Assembly: GCA_040752415.1 (NCBI GenBank)
Contig: JBFMGU010000025.1
Coordinates: 1 to 62,289 of the forward strand
From: Myxococcota bacterium
Lineage (GTDB): Bacteria > Myxococcota > JACRCW01
Length of the DNA: 62,289 bases
Reading direction: 5' to 3'
In this document: positions 40,731 to 50,019 of the stretch, piece by piece
Position numbering within the stretch: position 1 is the stretch's first letter
Layout: every line of letters starts with the position of its first letter
Position numbers and translations under genes: made by a program
The notes under the pieces: generated by a model
What the model saw: the letters and a program-made list of their open reading frames with translations, nothing else
The model's database searches: none
Told to the model about the DNA's origin: nothing

Positions 40731-41891
40731 ATGGACATGGACTTCAAGGCGTACAAGATCCTGTACGTCGACGACGACAAGAATCTCCTCAGTGCCTTCC
40801 AGCTGGCCTTTGGTGAGGACTTTGAGCTGGTCACCACCACCAGCCCGGAAGAAGCGCTGGCCATGGTGCGCAACGGCAAGGACCTGGCGGTGCTGCTGGC
40901 GGACCAGCGCATGCCGGGGATGAACGGCGCGCAGCTGCTCAGCGAGGCACGTCGCATCCGCCCCGAGCTGGTCCGCATGCTGGTGACCGCGTACTCGGAC
41001 CTGGACGCCGTGGTGGCGGCGGTGAATGACGGCCAGATCACGCGCTACCTGGCCAAGCCCTGGCGCCACGACGAGATGGCGGGCGCGCTGCGCAACGGCG
41101 TGGAGTACTTCCACATGAGCCAGCGCCTGCGCGACCTCCAGCTGGAGCTGTTCAAGCTCTCGCGCCAGTCCGTGGCCACGGTGGTGCTGGATGAGCTGGC
41201 CCATGAGCTGGGCAACCCGCTCAGCGTGGTGCGCGCCAACATCACGCTGGTGGACCACGCCCTGGGTGAGCTCACCGCGCTGGCCAAACCGCTGGGCCTC
41301 TCCGACGCCGTGGGACGGCTGCAGGAGCTGAAGGAAGCGTGCGTGGACGCGCAGGGTGGCGTGGAGCTGATGCACGCCGTCCTCTCCCGCGTACGCAAGC
41401 GTGAGTACGGGAGCGCGCGCGTGAACCAGGTGGTCCCGGTGGACCTGGGCCTCACCTTGCAGTCGACGGTGCGGCTGGTGCCGGGCGCGCTGGCGGGACG
41501 GGGCCGCATCTCCGTGGAGCTGGAGCCCCAGCTGCCGCGGCTGCAGTCCGACCCCACCGCCATCACGCAGATCCTGCTCAACCTGCTCATCAACGCCTGC
41601 CACGCGCTCCCCGACGTCGGCACGCAGGAGATCCGCGTCCACGCCGCGCGCGTGGGTGGCCGTCTCAAGATCGGCGTCACGGACACGGGCTGCGGGATTG
41701 CGCCGGAGAACCTCACCCGCGTCTTCGAGCCCCGCTTCACCACGCGCGGGGACCAGGACGGCAACGGGCTGGGCCTGGCGGTGAGTCGCGACCTGGCACT
41801 CCAGCTGGGCGGCGACCTCACCTGCACCTCGCAGCTGGGCAAGGGCAGCACCTTTGAGCTGGACCTGCCCTGGGTGCCGCTGGAGGAGTGA
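40731..41891 (+). CDS. REC-HisKA-HATPase hybrid response regulator/kinase
   Basis: YVDDD, ADQRMPGMNG, AKPW; LAHELGNPL, NLLINA, DTGCGI, GNGLGL. Confidence 0.92.
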   Translation: MDMDFKAYKILYVDDDKNLLSAFQLAFGEDFELVTTTSPEEALAMVRNGKDLAVLLADQRMPGMNGAQLLSEARRIRPELVRMLVTAYSDLDAVVAAVNDGQITRYLAKPWRHDEMAGALRNGVEYFHMSQRLRDLQLELFKLSRQSVATVVLDELAHELGNPLSVVRANITLVDHALGELTALAKPLGLSDAVGRLQELKEACVDAQGGVELMHAVLSRVRKREYGSARVNQVVPVDLGLTLQSTVRLVPGALAGRGRISVELEPQLPRLQSDPTAITQILLNLLINACHALPDVGTQEIRVHAARVGGRLKIGVTDTGCGIAPENLTRVFEPRFTTRGDQDGNGLGLAVSRDLALQLGGDLTCTSQLGKGSTFELDLPWVPLEE

Positions 41892-41923
41892 GGGGGCCCG
41901 CGGGTGGACGCAAGAGAGGCAAG

Positions 41924-42000
41924 AAGGAAGTCAGAATGCAGAAGTCAGAAGATGCTCGCCCGTCATCGTCGCGGGACACCTTCTGACTTCTGACTTCCTT
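41924..42000. repeat. Inverted arrays of the heptamer AGAAGTC / GACTTCT forming a hairpin between convergent genes
   Basis: AAGGAAGTCAGAATGCAGAAGTCAGAAG ... CTTCTGACTTCTGACTTCCTT. Confidence 0.7.
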
Positions 42001-42030
42001 GTCGGACTCCCCGAAGAACCCCCGCGCCCC

Positions 42031-42480
42031 TCAGCGCGCGGGGATGATCGAGATGTCCCCGCTGGTCTCCAGCACCGCGTACTTGACCTGGTCCATGCGC
42101 TCCAAGCCGTGCAGGCGACGCGCCGCGGAGAGGATGTCCTCCTCGTCGACACGACTCTTCTCCATCCGCTCCTTCAACGGTCGCCCCTGGTCCACCAGCA
42201 GCAGCGGCCTCCCGTCCAGCACCTTGCCCAGCATGGGAAAACGCTGCTTGAGCAGGGACAAGATCACGTCCAGCCCCACGAACGTGGTGATCATGATCAG
42301 TGCGTTGGTCAGCGAGTGATCCTCGTCCACCATGGCCTGCTGCGTGACCTCGCTGAGGACGAGCAGCATCAGCAGATCAAAGGGCGTGGTCTCCGCCATG
42401 GAGCGCTTGCCCGCCATGCGGAAGAGCACGATCAGGAACACGTAGATCACCACCACACGCAGCACGGAACCCATGCGCAC
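42031..42480 (-). CDS. DUF421/YetF family membrane protein
   Basis: [42 protein letters not shown]. Confidence 0.9.
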   Translation of the reverse strand: MRMGSVLRVVVIYVFLIVLFRMAGKRSMAETTPFDLLMLLVLSEVTQQAMVDEDHSLTNALIMITTFVGLDVILSLLKQRFPMLGKVLDGRPLLLVDQGRPLKERMEKSRVDEEDILSAARRLHGLERMDQVKYAVLETSGDISIIPAR

Positions 42481-42482
42481 TC

Positions 42483-42992
42483 CTAGGGAAGGACCAGCTG
42501 CCAGAACGCGTCTCCCTCATCCAGGTCCACGCCAATGCGCCCGTGACGCAGCCCCATCTTGTTCGCGCGATAGTCGACGACGACGGAGGTGACGCCGCTG
42601 AGCCCCGCGGTGGGAAAGCGGTACAGGATGCGGTCGGCCATCAGCTCCACGCGCTCCGGCTCCGGCGTCATGGCCATCACGTCAATGCCCTCCAGGAACT
42701 GGCGGTCCAGCCAGAACGTGGCAACGCCGTCGCGCACCGCCGCGGGCGTGAGCCGGATGGTGATCCGTGACTTCGACTCCTTGCGCTCCAGGCGGTTGAG
42801 CTCCATGCGCGCGGGAGATGCGGGGCCGCCCGTGACCGCCTGGCCCACCGGTCCCCGGCCAAACAACCCCACCAGCGCGGCGAGAATCACCAACCCCATC
42901 AGCACCCAACCCACGTGCTGGATGCGCCACTCGCGCTGCTCCTGGAGGAGCGACTCATCCAGCTGCAGGCCACCACCGGCTTGCGCTGCCAT
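42483..42992 (-). CDS. Membrane-anchored hypothetical protein, cotranscribed with the DUF421 gene
   Basis: [23 protein letters not shown] segment; GGAG SD. Confidence 0.8.
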   Translation of the reverse strand: MAAQAGGGLQLDESLLQEQREWRIQHVGWVLMGLVILAALVGLFGRGPVGQAVTGGPASPARMELNRLERKESKSRITIRLTPAAVRDGVATFWLDRQFLEGIDVMAMTPEPERVELMADRILYRFPTAGLSGVTSVVVDYRANKMGLRHGRIGVDLDEGDAFWQLVLP

Positions 42993-43097
42993 GGACGCTC
43001 CCGGCGGGCTCCACCTGTCACGAACGCCCGCAACAGTTTGTATCGGGAGGCCACGCGGCGGCCAGCCTGACGGGTCGTGGTGACGACGGAGAACAGC

Positions 43098-43475
43098 TCA
43101 GGCCCGGGCGCGGATGAGACGCGCCAGCGCGCCCAGGATCTCCTCCATGCCAAAGGGCTTGCGCAGGAAGTCCACGCAGCCCGCCTCCAGCGCGCGCGCC
43201 CGGTCCTGCTCCCCGGACATGGCGCTGAGGGCCAGGATGGGGATGTGGTGCAGCTCCGGCTTGGACTTGATGGCGCGCGTGGCCTCGAACCCGTCCATGT
43301 TGGGCATGATCAGGTCCATGATGACGAGGTCGGGCATGATGCGAGAGGCCACCGCCACCGCCTGCACGCCGTCCTCCGCCTGCTCCACGCGGTAGCCGCG
43401 CTTCGTCAGGAGGTCCCTGAGGAGCTTGCGGTTGAGCGCGTTGTCATCCACCACCAGGATGGTCTGCGATGCCAC
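43098..43475 (-). CDS. Single-domain response regulator (DivK-like)
   Basis: ILVVDDN, MDLIMPNMDG, ALSA, AGCVDFLRKPF. Confidence 0.9.
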   Translation of the reverse strand: MASQTILVVDDNALNRKLLRDLLTKRGYRVEQAEDGVQAVAVASRIMPDLVIMDLIMPNMDGFEATRAIKSKPELHHIPILALSAMSGEQDRARALEAGCVDFLRKPFGMEEILGALARLIRARA

Positions 43476-43586
43476 GAATTCCTCGGCTCTGCCCGGCGCC
43501 GCGCGGAGCATAACCGGGGTCTTCCAGGCCCACCAGCAGGCCTTCGCGGCGCGTCGTCCCCGGCGCCCCGGGGCGCTCGTCGGGAA

Positions 43587-43979
43587 TCAGGCTGGTTCCA
43601 GCACGGCGTCCGCCACCACCTTCAGCATGGTGGGAATCGGCACGGGCTTGAGGAGGACGGCGTGGACATCGCTCCGCACCGCAACCCCCAGCTCCTCCGC
43701 GGCGGCGGACACCACCACCACGGGGATGGCCCGCAGCTGCTCCACCCCACGACGCGCCGCCAGGAACTCCGGGCCCGCCATCACCGGCATCATCAGGTCC
43801 AGCACAATGACGTCGGGAACTGGCCCCTGGTGGAGGACGTCCAGCGCGTCGCGCCCGTTGCAGGCCGTGCGCACCCGCCACCCCTCCCCCTCGAAGACCT
43901 CCTGCAATCCCTCCAGCAGGTCGACGTTGTCGTCGACGAGCAGCACGGACGGAGACGCAGGCTGTCCACGCGGGAGCAT
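43587..43979 (-). CDS. Single-domain response regulator
   Basis: LLVDDN, LDLMMPVMAG, VVSA, LKPV. Confidence 0.88.
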   Translation of the reverse strand: MLPRGQPASPSVLLVDDNVDLLEGLQEVFEGEGWRVRTACNGRDALDVLHQGPVPDVIVLDLMMPVMAGPEFLAARRGVEQLRAIPVVVVSAAAEELGVAVRSDVHAVLLKPVPIPTMLKVVADAVLEPA

Positions 43980-44359
43980 GGCGGCCAATGTAGTCCCCGC
44001 GTGTGCCGTCCGCACAACCCGTGCGCGGCGGGATTTCTCGACGTCACCGCCTCCCCTCCCGCCCGGAACCCGGAGGCTTCGCCACAAGCCAGGACGTCCG
44101 GCGGTGACAGCCCACGGGATTTCGCGGCACGGGATGTCGCAGGGAGTCGTGAAGCCTGGGGAGAGGCCGGGACGGTACGCACATGCCGCCTCCGTCGGTG
44201 CGAGCGGAGTCAACATTCGGAGGGACGGCCTTGCTCATGCGCAACCCGGTGCGGCACACTCCCGGTCCGCACCCGCCACTTCGGGAGAATCCCCTGTCCA
44301 CCCAGCACCGCTCCAGAGCAGCCCAAGGACGCGGGTCCATCACAACGCCCGACGTGATC

Positions 44360-45406
44360 ATGGACCCCCGCGCCATCCTGGAAGCGGTGCCGCATCCCGC
44401 CATGCTGGTGGACGCCGGCGGCGAGGCCCTGGCCTTCAACGCGTTGTGGCAGACCTCGTTCGGGCTCACCTCGTCGGAGGCGCAACGCGCGGGCTGGTTT
44501 GCCGCGGTGGACCCCAGGGAGCGGGAGGCGGTGCAGCGCGCGTGGGAAGGCGCGGTGAGCCGCGGTCAATCCCTCTCCCTGCCGGTGCGCATGCGCCACC
44601 CCGCCGGGGAACACCGCTGGCAGCTCATGCGTGCGCTTCCCGTGGCCGGAGCGCAGGGGCGCGCCCAGGGCTGGGTGGCCACGTTCTCCGACGTCACCGA
44701 GGTCACGCCTCCCGCGGAGCTGGCCGCCCTGCGCCAGGCCGTGGAGGTCCGTGACGAGGTGCTGGCCGGCGTCTCCCATGACCTGCGCACGCCGCTCTCC
44801 AGCGCCGCCATGGCCGCCACGTTCATCCAGCGCCAGGCCTCCGACGACAAGGTGCGCCAGCACGCCGGGGCCATCCTGCGCGCCGCCCAGCGCATGGAGC
44901 GCCTGGTGCGTGACCTGCTGGACCTGGCCAGCACCGACGCGCAGCGCCTGACGCTGGACACGGAGAGCGTCTCCACGCGCGCACTGCTGCAGGAAGTGAT
45001 CGACGCCACCGCGGCGCTGGCCCGGGACCGCGGCGTGCGCCTGCGCATCACCGCCGGCGAGACGGAAGTGCGCTGTGACCGCGTGCGCATCCACCGCGTG
45101 CTCAGCAACCTCGTGGTCAACGCCATCCGCTACTCCCCGCGCGGCGCGGCGGTCTCCCTGGTGGCGCGACGCACGGGGGACATGATGCGCATCTCCGTGG
45201 TGGACCAGGGACCGGGCGTGGAGCTGGCCCAGCAGGAGCGCATCTTCGAGCGGTTCTGGCGTCGTGGCGACGAGACGCAGAAGGGCACGGGCCTGGGCTT
45301 GTACATCTGTCGCCAGCTGGTGGAGGCGCACGGGGGCCGCATCTGGGTGGACAGCCGGCCCGGACACGGCAGCGCCTTCCGCTTCACCCTGCCCCTCGCG
45401 GACTGA
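44360..45406 (+). CDS. PAS-domain histidine kinase
   Basis: PAS domain; VSHDLRTPL, NLVVNAIRY, DQGPGV, GTGLGL; start codon uncertain. Confidence 0.9.
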   Translation: MDPRAILEAVPHPAMLVDAGGEALAFNALWQTSFGLTSSEAQRAGWFAAVDPREREAVQRAWEGAVSRGQSLSLPVRMRHPAGEHRWQLMRALPVAGAQGRAQGWVATFSDVTEVTPPAELAALRQAVEVRDEVLAGVSHDLRTPLSSAAMAATFIQRQASDDKVRQHAGAILRAAQRMERLVRDLLDLASTDAQRLTLDTESVSTRALLQEVIDATAALARDRGVRLRITAGETEVRCDRVRIHRVLSNLVVNAIRYSPRGAAVSLVARRTGDMMRISVVDQGPGVELAQQERIFERFWRRGDETQKGTGLGLYICRQLVEAHGGRIWVDSRPGHGSAFRFTLPLAD

Positions 45407-45415
45407 GGCCCGGGC

Positions 45416-45907
45416 TCAGCGCAGCCCGCCCGGATACGCCGTCTCCGACGAGAGGGACGCGGGCGGCGGCGTCCGCTGGATCTCCTCGTACGCCGGCTCC
45501 ATCACGGAACCCAACGCATCCAGCGTCTGCCGGTCCAGCACGCGCTCCACCAACGCAAACAGCTCCTGCTCCTCCCGCGTGAGGTGCTCCTCCACCGCGC
45601 GCTCCAGCCGGGAGACGCACCCGGGCAGCTCCGTGTCGTCGGGGGAGCGGGCCAGCAGCTCCGACACAAGCTGGCGCACCCGCGTGTGGTCATCCATGCA
45701 CTGCCGGAGGTAGCCCTCGGTCTGGTCCGACGTCACGGCCCGGTAGAAGTGACGCTCCTCCACGGTGGCGTGCGCCAGCAGGGCCTCGGTCAGCGCGGTG
45801 AGGATGCCCTGTCTCACCTCGGGCGGCTCCCGCGGCTCCTCCCGGTACCGACGGAACAGGTCCAGCAGCCGCGCGTGCTGCTGCTTGAGCAGGAGAATCG
45901 CGTTCAT
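45416..45907 (-). CDS. Hemerythrin (HHE) domain protein
   Basis: MNAILLLKQQH, HATVEERHFY, DDH, EEHLTREEQELF. Confidence 0.85.
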   Translation of the reverse strand: MNAILLLKQQHARLLDLFRRYREEPREPPEVRQGILTALTEALLAHATVEERHFYRAVTSDQTEGYLRQCMDDHTRVRQLVSELLARSPDDTELPGCVSRLERAVEEHLTREEQELFALVERVLDRQTLDALGSVMEPAYEEIQRTPPPASLSSETAYPGGLR

Positions 45908-45984
45908 GGCACCTCCGCTGGGGAGGTCCTAACCCGCTGATGGCGGCGGGCAAGGGCGCGTTTCTCGTCGGGCGCGCGGCGCGC

Positions 45985-46476
45985 TCAGAGGCCGCGGAGA
46001 TGGGCGGCGGCCAGCGCGCGGATGAGCGCAATCACCCGCTCGGGGTCCGCGGGCTTGGCCATGTGCGCGGTGAAGCCGCAGCGCAACGCCTCCGCGCGGT
46101 CCTCGTCCGCGGCGTGGGCACTCAGCGCCAGCATGGGCAGGCGGGAGCTGCTTCCCTCCTCCCCCCGGCGGACCTGGTGCGCCAGCTCAAAGCCGGTCAT
46201 GCGCGGCATGGCCAGGTCGCTCACCACCAGGTGCGGCTGCCAGCACCGCAGCACCGCCAGCGCCTCCGCCCCGCTGCACACCGAGGTCACCACCGCGCCG
46301 CTGAGGCACAACACGTCGCACAACGTGCCGCGCTGCTCCGCGTCATCATCCACCACCAGCAGCTCCAGTCCGCGCAGCGGCTGCAGCTCCTCCGCCCGCG
46401 GCGGCCGCCACGGTCCAGGCACCCGCGGCCGGATCCGCTCAACCCCCTGGATGGAATCCCCCACCGTGATCTTCAT
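45985..46476 (-). CDS. Single-domain response regulator
   Basis: LVVDDD, SDLAMPRMTG, ALSA, GFTAHMAKP. Confidence 0.85.
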   Translation of the reverse strand: MKITVGDSIQGVERIRPRVPGPWRPPRAEELQPLRGLELLVVDDDAEQRGTLCDVLCLSGAVVTSVCSGAEALAVLRCWQPHLVVSDLAMPRMTGFELAHQVRRGEEGSSSRLPMLALSAHAADEDRAEALRCGFTAHMAKPADPERVIALIRALAAAHLRGL

Positions 46477-46522
46477 GCTCCACCCACCGGGGGCGCCGCC
46501 CGGGCGCCATGCGGACCGTGAT

Positions 46523-46787
46523 GATCCGCGGTCGCCTTCCCAACACGCCTGATTCCCGGGCCATTCCCCTGGACCCGATCATTCGGTGGGGACGCACAGA
46601 TCCTCCCGTCCCACCTGGCGGATCCGGCCCCGCGGATCCCGCCGACCCCACGTGTTGGCCCCCGGATCTACGCGGTGATCCCCACGATCGTCCGCGCCCC
46701 ACCCCAGGATCTGCGCCAGGATCACGGTGATCGTCCGGGCACCGCGGGACAAACGGCTGGAGATCGTGGCGGATCCACGCGCAGATC
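46523..46787. promoter_or_regulatory. Intergenic GATC cluster (14 sites)
   Basis: GATC at 46523, 46577, 46599, 46621, 46635, 46665, 46677, 46686, 46708, 46720, 46729, 46762, 46772, 46784. Confidence 0.7.
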
Positions 46788-49700
46788 CTAGGTCGTGGCC
46801 GGTGTGGCCTCGTGGCCGGACAACACCTCCCGCACGGTGGTCTCCAGGCTGCTCAGATCAAAGGGCTTGGGACAGAAGCGCACGCCGTTCCGGTCCGCGT
46901 AGGCCTGCGTCTCCGGATCCACGGTGTCGCCGGTGATCAAGATCGAGCGTTGGCGCATGGCCGGCTGCAGGCTCCAGATCCGGTCCAGCAGATCCGTGCC
47001 GCGCCCGCCGGGCATGTGCTGATCACACAGGATGCAGTCGTATTGCGTGGTGGCCAGCTTCATCAGCGCCTCGTCGGCGTTGGCGGCGGTGTCCACCTGG
47101 TGATGGGAGCGGGAGAGCACGCGGCGCACCACGGCGCGGATGGGCTCCTCGTCGTCCACCACCAGGATCTTCTGGCCCTCCACCGCGGGCAGCGGCGGCT
47201 GGATGGGCGTGTCCGCCTCCGGGATGATCTCCTGGGTCACCACCGGCAACGTCACCACGAAACACGCACCGGCCAGCTCACCCTGGTCCATGCGGATGTT
47301 GCCGCCGTGCTCCTTGATGATGCCAAACGTGATGGACAGCCCCAGCCCGGTGCCCTTCCCCACCTCCTTGGTGGTGAAGAACGGATCAAACACCTTGGTC
47401 TGGATCTCCTTGGGGATGCCGGGCCCGTCGTCCTGGAAGGTGAGCACCACCTCACCCTCCTTCCGCTGCGTGCGGATGCGGATGCGGCCCGCGGGGCGCA
47501 GCTCATGGATGGCCTGCTCGCTGTTCTTGAGCAGGTTCACCAGCACCTGCTGGATCTGGTGGCCGTCCAGGCTCAGCAGCGGCAGCTCCGGATCCAACTC
47601 CAGCTCAATGGAGATGTTGGTGACGCTGAACTCGTATTCCAGCAGCGCCACCGCGTCCTTCACCACCTGGTTGAGATCCCAGAGCCGCCGCTCCGGCTTG
47701 TGCTTGCGCGCAAAGGTCAGGAGGTTGTGCACAATCCGTCGACAACGCTCCGCCGCGCCCACCAGCTTGGTGCAATCCTCCTGCGCCTGCGGCGTGATCT
47801 CCCCCATGGCCAGCAGCTGCGCGTAGCCAATCACCGCGCCCAGCGGGTTGTTGAGCTCGTGCGCCACGCCGGCAATCAGCTCGCCCAGCGCGCTCAGCTT
47901 CTCACTGCGCATCAGCGAATCACGGAAGGCCTGCTCGCGCGCCTGCCGCGCCCGCTCCTCGGACAGGTCGCGCTGCACGGTCACCACCGCCATGGGCATG
48001 CGCTGCGCGTCGCGGATCACCGCGGCGTTGATGGACACCGGCACCGGCTTGTCCGTCGAGGGCCAGCGCGTGGACTCACCGCTCCACTCCCCGCCCGCCA
48101 GCAGCTCGCGCAGCATGCGCCGCTCCACCGCCTGGCTCTCCGGCGTGGCGCCCGCCAGCTCGTACTGCAGCATGCCCACCAGCTCCCCGGCGGCGCGCCC
48201 GGACATCCGCGTGGCCGCGGCGTTGGCGTGCATGATCCGGCCGTCCAGGTCCGTGAGGATCACGCCGTCCTGCGTGCCTTCCATGGCCGCCAGCAGCAGC
48301 TGCTGCCGCCTTTCACTCTCGGTGCGCTCCGCCAGGCTGCGGGCCACCACGCGCACGCCGGCCACGCTTCCGTCGTCACGGAGCACCAGCGTCACCGCGG
48401 CTTCCACCGGCACGCGGCGACCGTTGCTCCCCACCAGGTCCACGCGCTGCACCGTGGAGGCGGCCTGGGGCACGCGACGCACCAGCTCCAGCACCCGGTG
48501 GCGATCCTCGCTGGACAGGAAGGCCAGGGCGGGCTGCCCCACCACGTCGTCAATCCGGCCGCTGCCCAGCTCCCGCACCGCCGCGGTGTTGGCGTAGGTG
48601 ATCCGCCCGCGACCATCCAGCTCGAACATCATGTCCGGCGCCTGCTCCAGGAACGCCGCCACCTTGTCGCGCTCCCGGGACAGCTCGACGGTGCGCTGCG
48701 CCACCTCCTCCTCCAGCTCGTCCATCTTCTGGTTCACCCGCTCACGCAGCTTCAGCTTCTCGGTGATGTCTTCCACCAGCAGGAAATACGCTTCCTCCTC
48801 CCCCGCGCTGGCCGGAAGACGCGCGCCGCTGATCTCCACCGGCACCACGCTCCCGTCGCGACGCACCATCTCCGTGGTGGTGGGGCTGGCCGCGCCCAGG
48901 ATCTCCAGGTCGCGCAGCACCTCCAGCAACAGCGCCTGCTGGCCCGGCGGCATCAGGTCCTGCAGCTGGTGGGAGAGCAGCTCCTCCCGACGGTAGCGCA
49001 GGAGCATGCACGCGCCCGGATTGCAGGAGATCAGCGCGCCGCTGGGAGAGAAGGCCAGGATGGCCAGCCGCGTGTGATCCAGGATCTGCACCTTGCGCGC
49101 GGTGGTGGCCAGTTGTTGCGCCTCCGTGGTCTGTCGCGCTTCCACGTCGCGGTGCAGCGTCACCAGCTGGTTCCAGCCGTGGATCATGGCCGCCACCGCG
49201 CCCACCGCCTCCGGGCTCTGCACCGCGCGCGGCGGCCTCCCCTGGACCAGCTCCTGCGCCGCATCCACCAGCGGCAGCGCCGGGCGCAACACGCGCGTGT
49301 AGACCATCCACACCAGGAGCAGCGCGCCCGCCAGCAGGAACCCCCACGCGGCCAGGCCCCACCCCTCCGCCCGACGACTCGCCTCGCCGCGCCGGCTCGC
49401 CTCCGTCTCATCCATCTGGCGTCCCGCTCCTTCCATCGCGCTCAGGGACTCCACCAGGAAGCGCGGCGCCACGTGCGGTGCGCCCCCCCTGGCCACCCGG
49501 GTCTCCGGCTCCGCCGCCAGCCAGTCCGCCACCCGACGCGCCTGCAGCGCCAGGGGCTCCTCCAGGAAGGTGCCCGCCAGCCGCGCCCGGGCCCGGGCCT
49601 CCGCGGCCTCCCAGCTCCGATAGGCCACGGTGAGCCGCTCCAGTGCCTCCGGGCTCGGCAGGTTGGAGGTGGCGTGCTCCAGCTCATGGACCGCCACGCT

Positions 49701-49853
49701 GAGGTCGTCGATGACCAACTCCGCCGGCACCGCGGCCGTGGAACGGCTCTCCTTGGCAAGGTGGTGCGAGTGCATCCCACTGCTGACCGCGCCGCCCAGC
49801 AGACCCACTGCCGCCGCCCAGCCTGCCAACGTGGAAACCGTCCGGATTGCCAT
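46788..49853 (-). CDS. Membrane hybrid histidine kinase: TM-periplasmic-TM-HAMP-3xPAS-HisKA-HATPase-REC
   Basis: VAHELNNPL, NLLKNS, DDGPGI, FDPFFTTKEVGKGTGLGL; REC VVDDE / CDQHMP / KPF. Confidence 0.92.
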   Translation of the reverse strand: MAIRTVSTLAGWAAAVGLLGGAVSSGMHSHHLAKESRSTAAVPAELVIDDLSVAVHELEHATSNLPSPEALERLTVAYRSWEAAEARARARLAGTFLEEPLALQARRVADWLAAEPETRVARGGAPHVAPRFLVESLSAMEGAGRQMDETEASRRGEASRRAEGWGLAAWGFLLAGALLLVWMVYTRVLRPALPLVDAAQELVQGRPPRAVQSPEAVGAVAAMIHGWNQLVTLHRDVEARQTTEAQQLATTARKVQILDHTRLAILAFSPSGALISCNPGACMLLRYRREELLSHQLQDLMPPGQQALLLEVLRDLEILGAASPTTTEMVRRDGSVVPVEISGARLPASAGEEEAYFLLVEDITEKLKLRERVNQKMDELEEEVAQRTVELSRERDKVAAFLEQAPDMMFELDGRGRITYANTAAVRELGSGRIDDVVGQPALAFLSSEDRHRVLELVRRVPQAASTVQRVDLVGSNGRRVPVEAAVTLVLRDDGSVAGVRVVARSLAERTESERRQQLLLAAMEGTQDGVILTDLDGRIMHANAAATRMSGRAAGELVGMLQYELAGATPESQAVERRMLRELLAGGEWSGESTRWPSTDKPVPVSINAAVIRDAQRMPMAVVTVQRDLSEERARQAREQAFRDSLMRSEKLSALGELIAGVAHELNNPLGAVIGYAQLLAMGEITPQAQEDCTKLVGAAERCRRIVHNLLTFARKHKPERRLWDLNQVVKDAVALLEYEFSVTNISIELELDPELPLLSLDGHQIQQVLVNLLKNSEQAIHELRPAGRIRIRTQRKEGEVVLTFQDDGPGIPKEIQTKVFDPFFTTKEVGKGTGLGLSITFGIIKEHGGNIRMDQGELAGACFVVTLPVVTQEIIPEADTPIQPPLPAVEGQKILVVDDEEPIRAVVRRVLSRSHHQVDTAANADEALMKLATTQYDCILCDQHMPGGRGTDLLDRIWSLQPAMRQRSILITGDTVDPETQAYADRNGVRFCPKPFDLSSLETTVREVLSGHEATPATT

Positions 49854-50019
49854 CGCGACTCCTCCGCCGCCCGCATCCCTCTGTTCGGCACACGGAGCCC
49901 CCGTCTTCAGCGCCCACGACCCGTCGGGATGGCGTGATCACGCTTCAGGAGCGCCGCGCATGTGCCGCTCTTGTCATTGGCACCGCGAAAGCAATGCGGC
50001 CGGTGAAGGAGAGACGCCC

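Noticed and set aside
37758..41642. 1294-aa minus-strand ORF and similar long antisense ORFs (28323-30938, 46812-49937, 34638-37079)
   Set aside because: Shadows of well-supported genes on the opposite strand, expected at high GC3; no domain motifs
46523..46787. oriC
   Set aside because: No DnaA boxes, AT-rich unwinding element or dnaA/gidA context; the region is GC-rich
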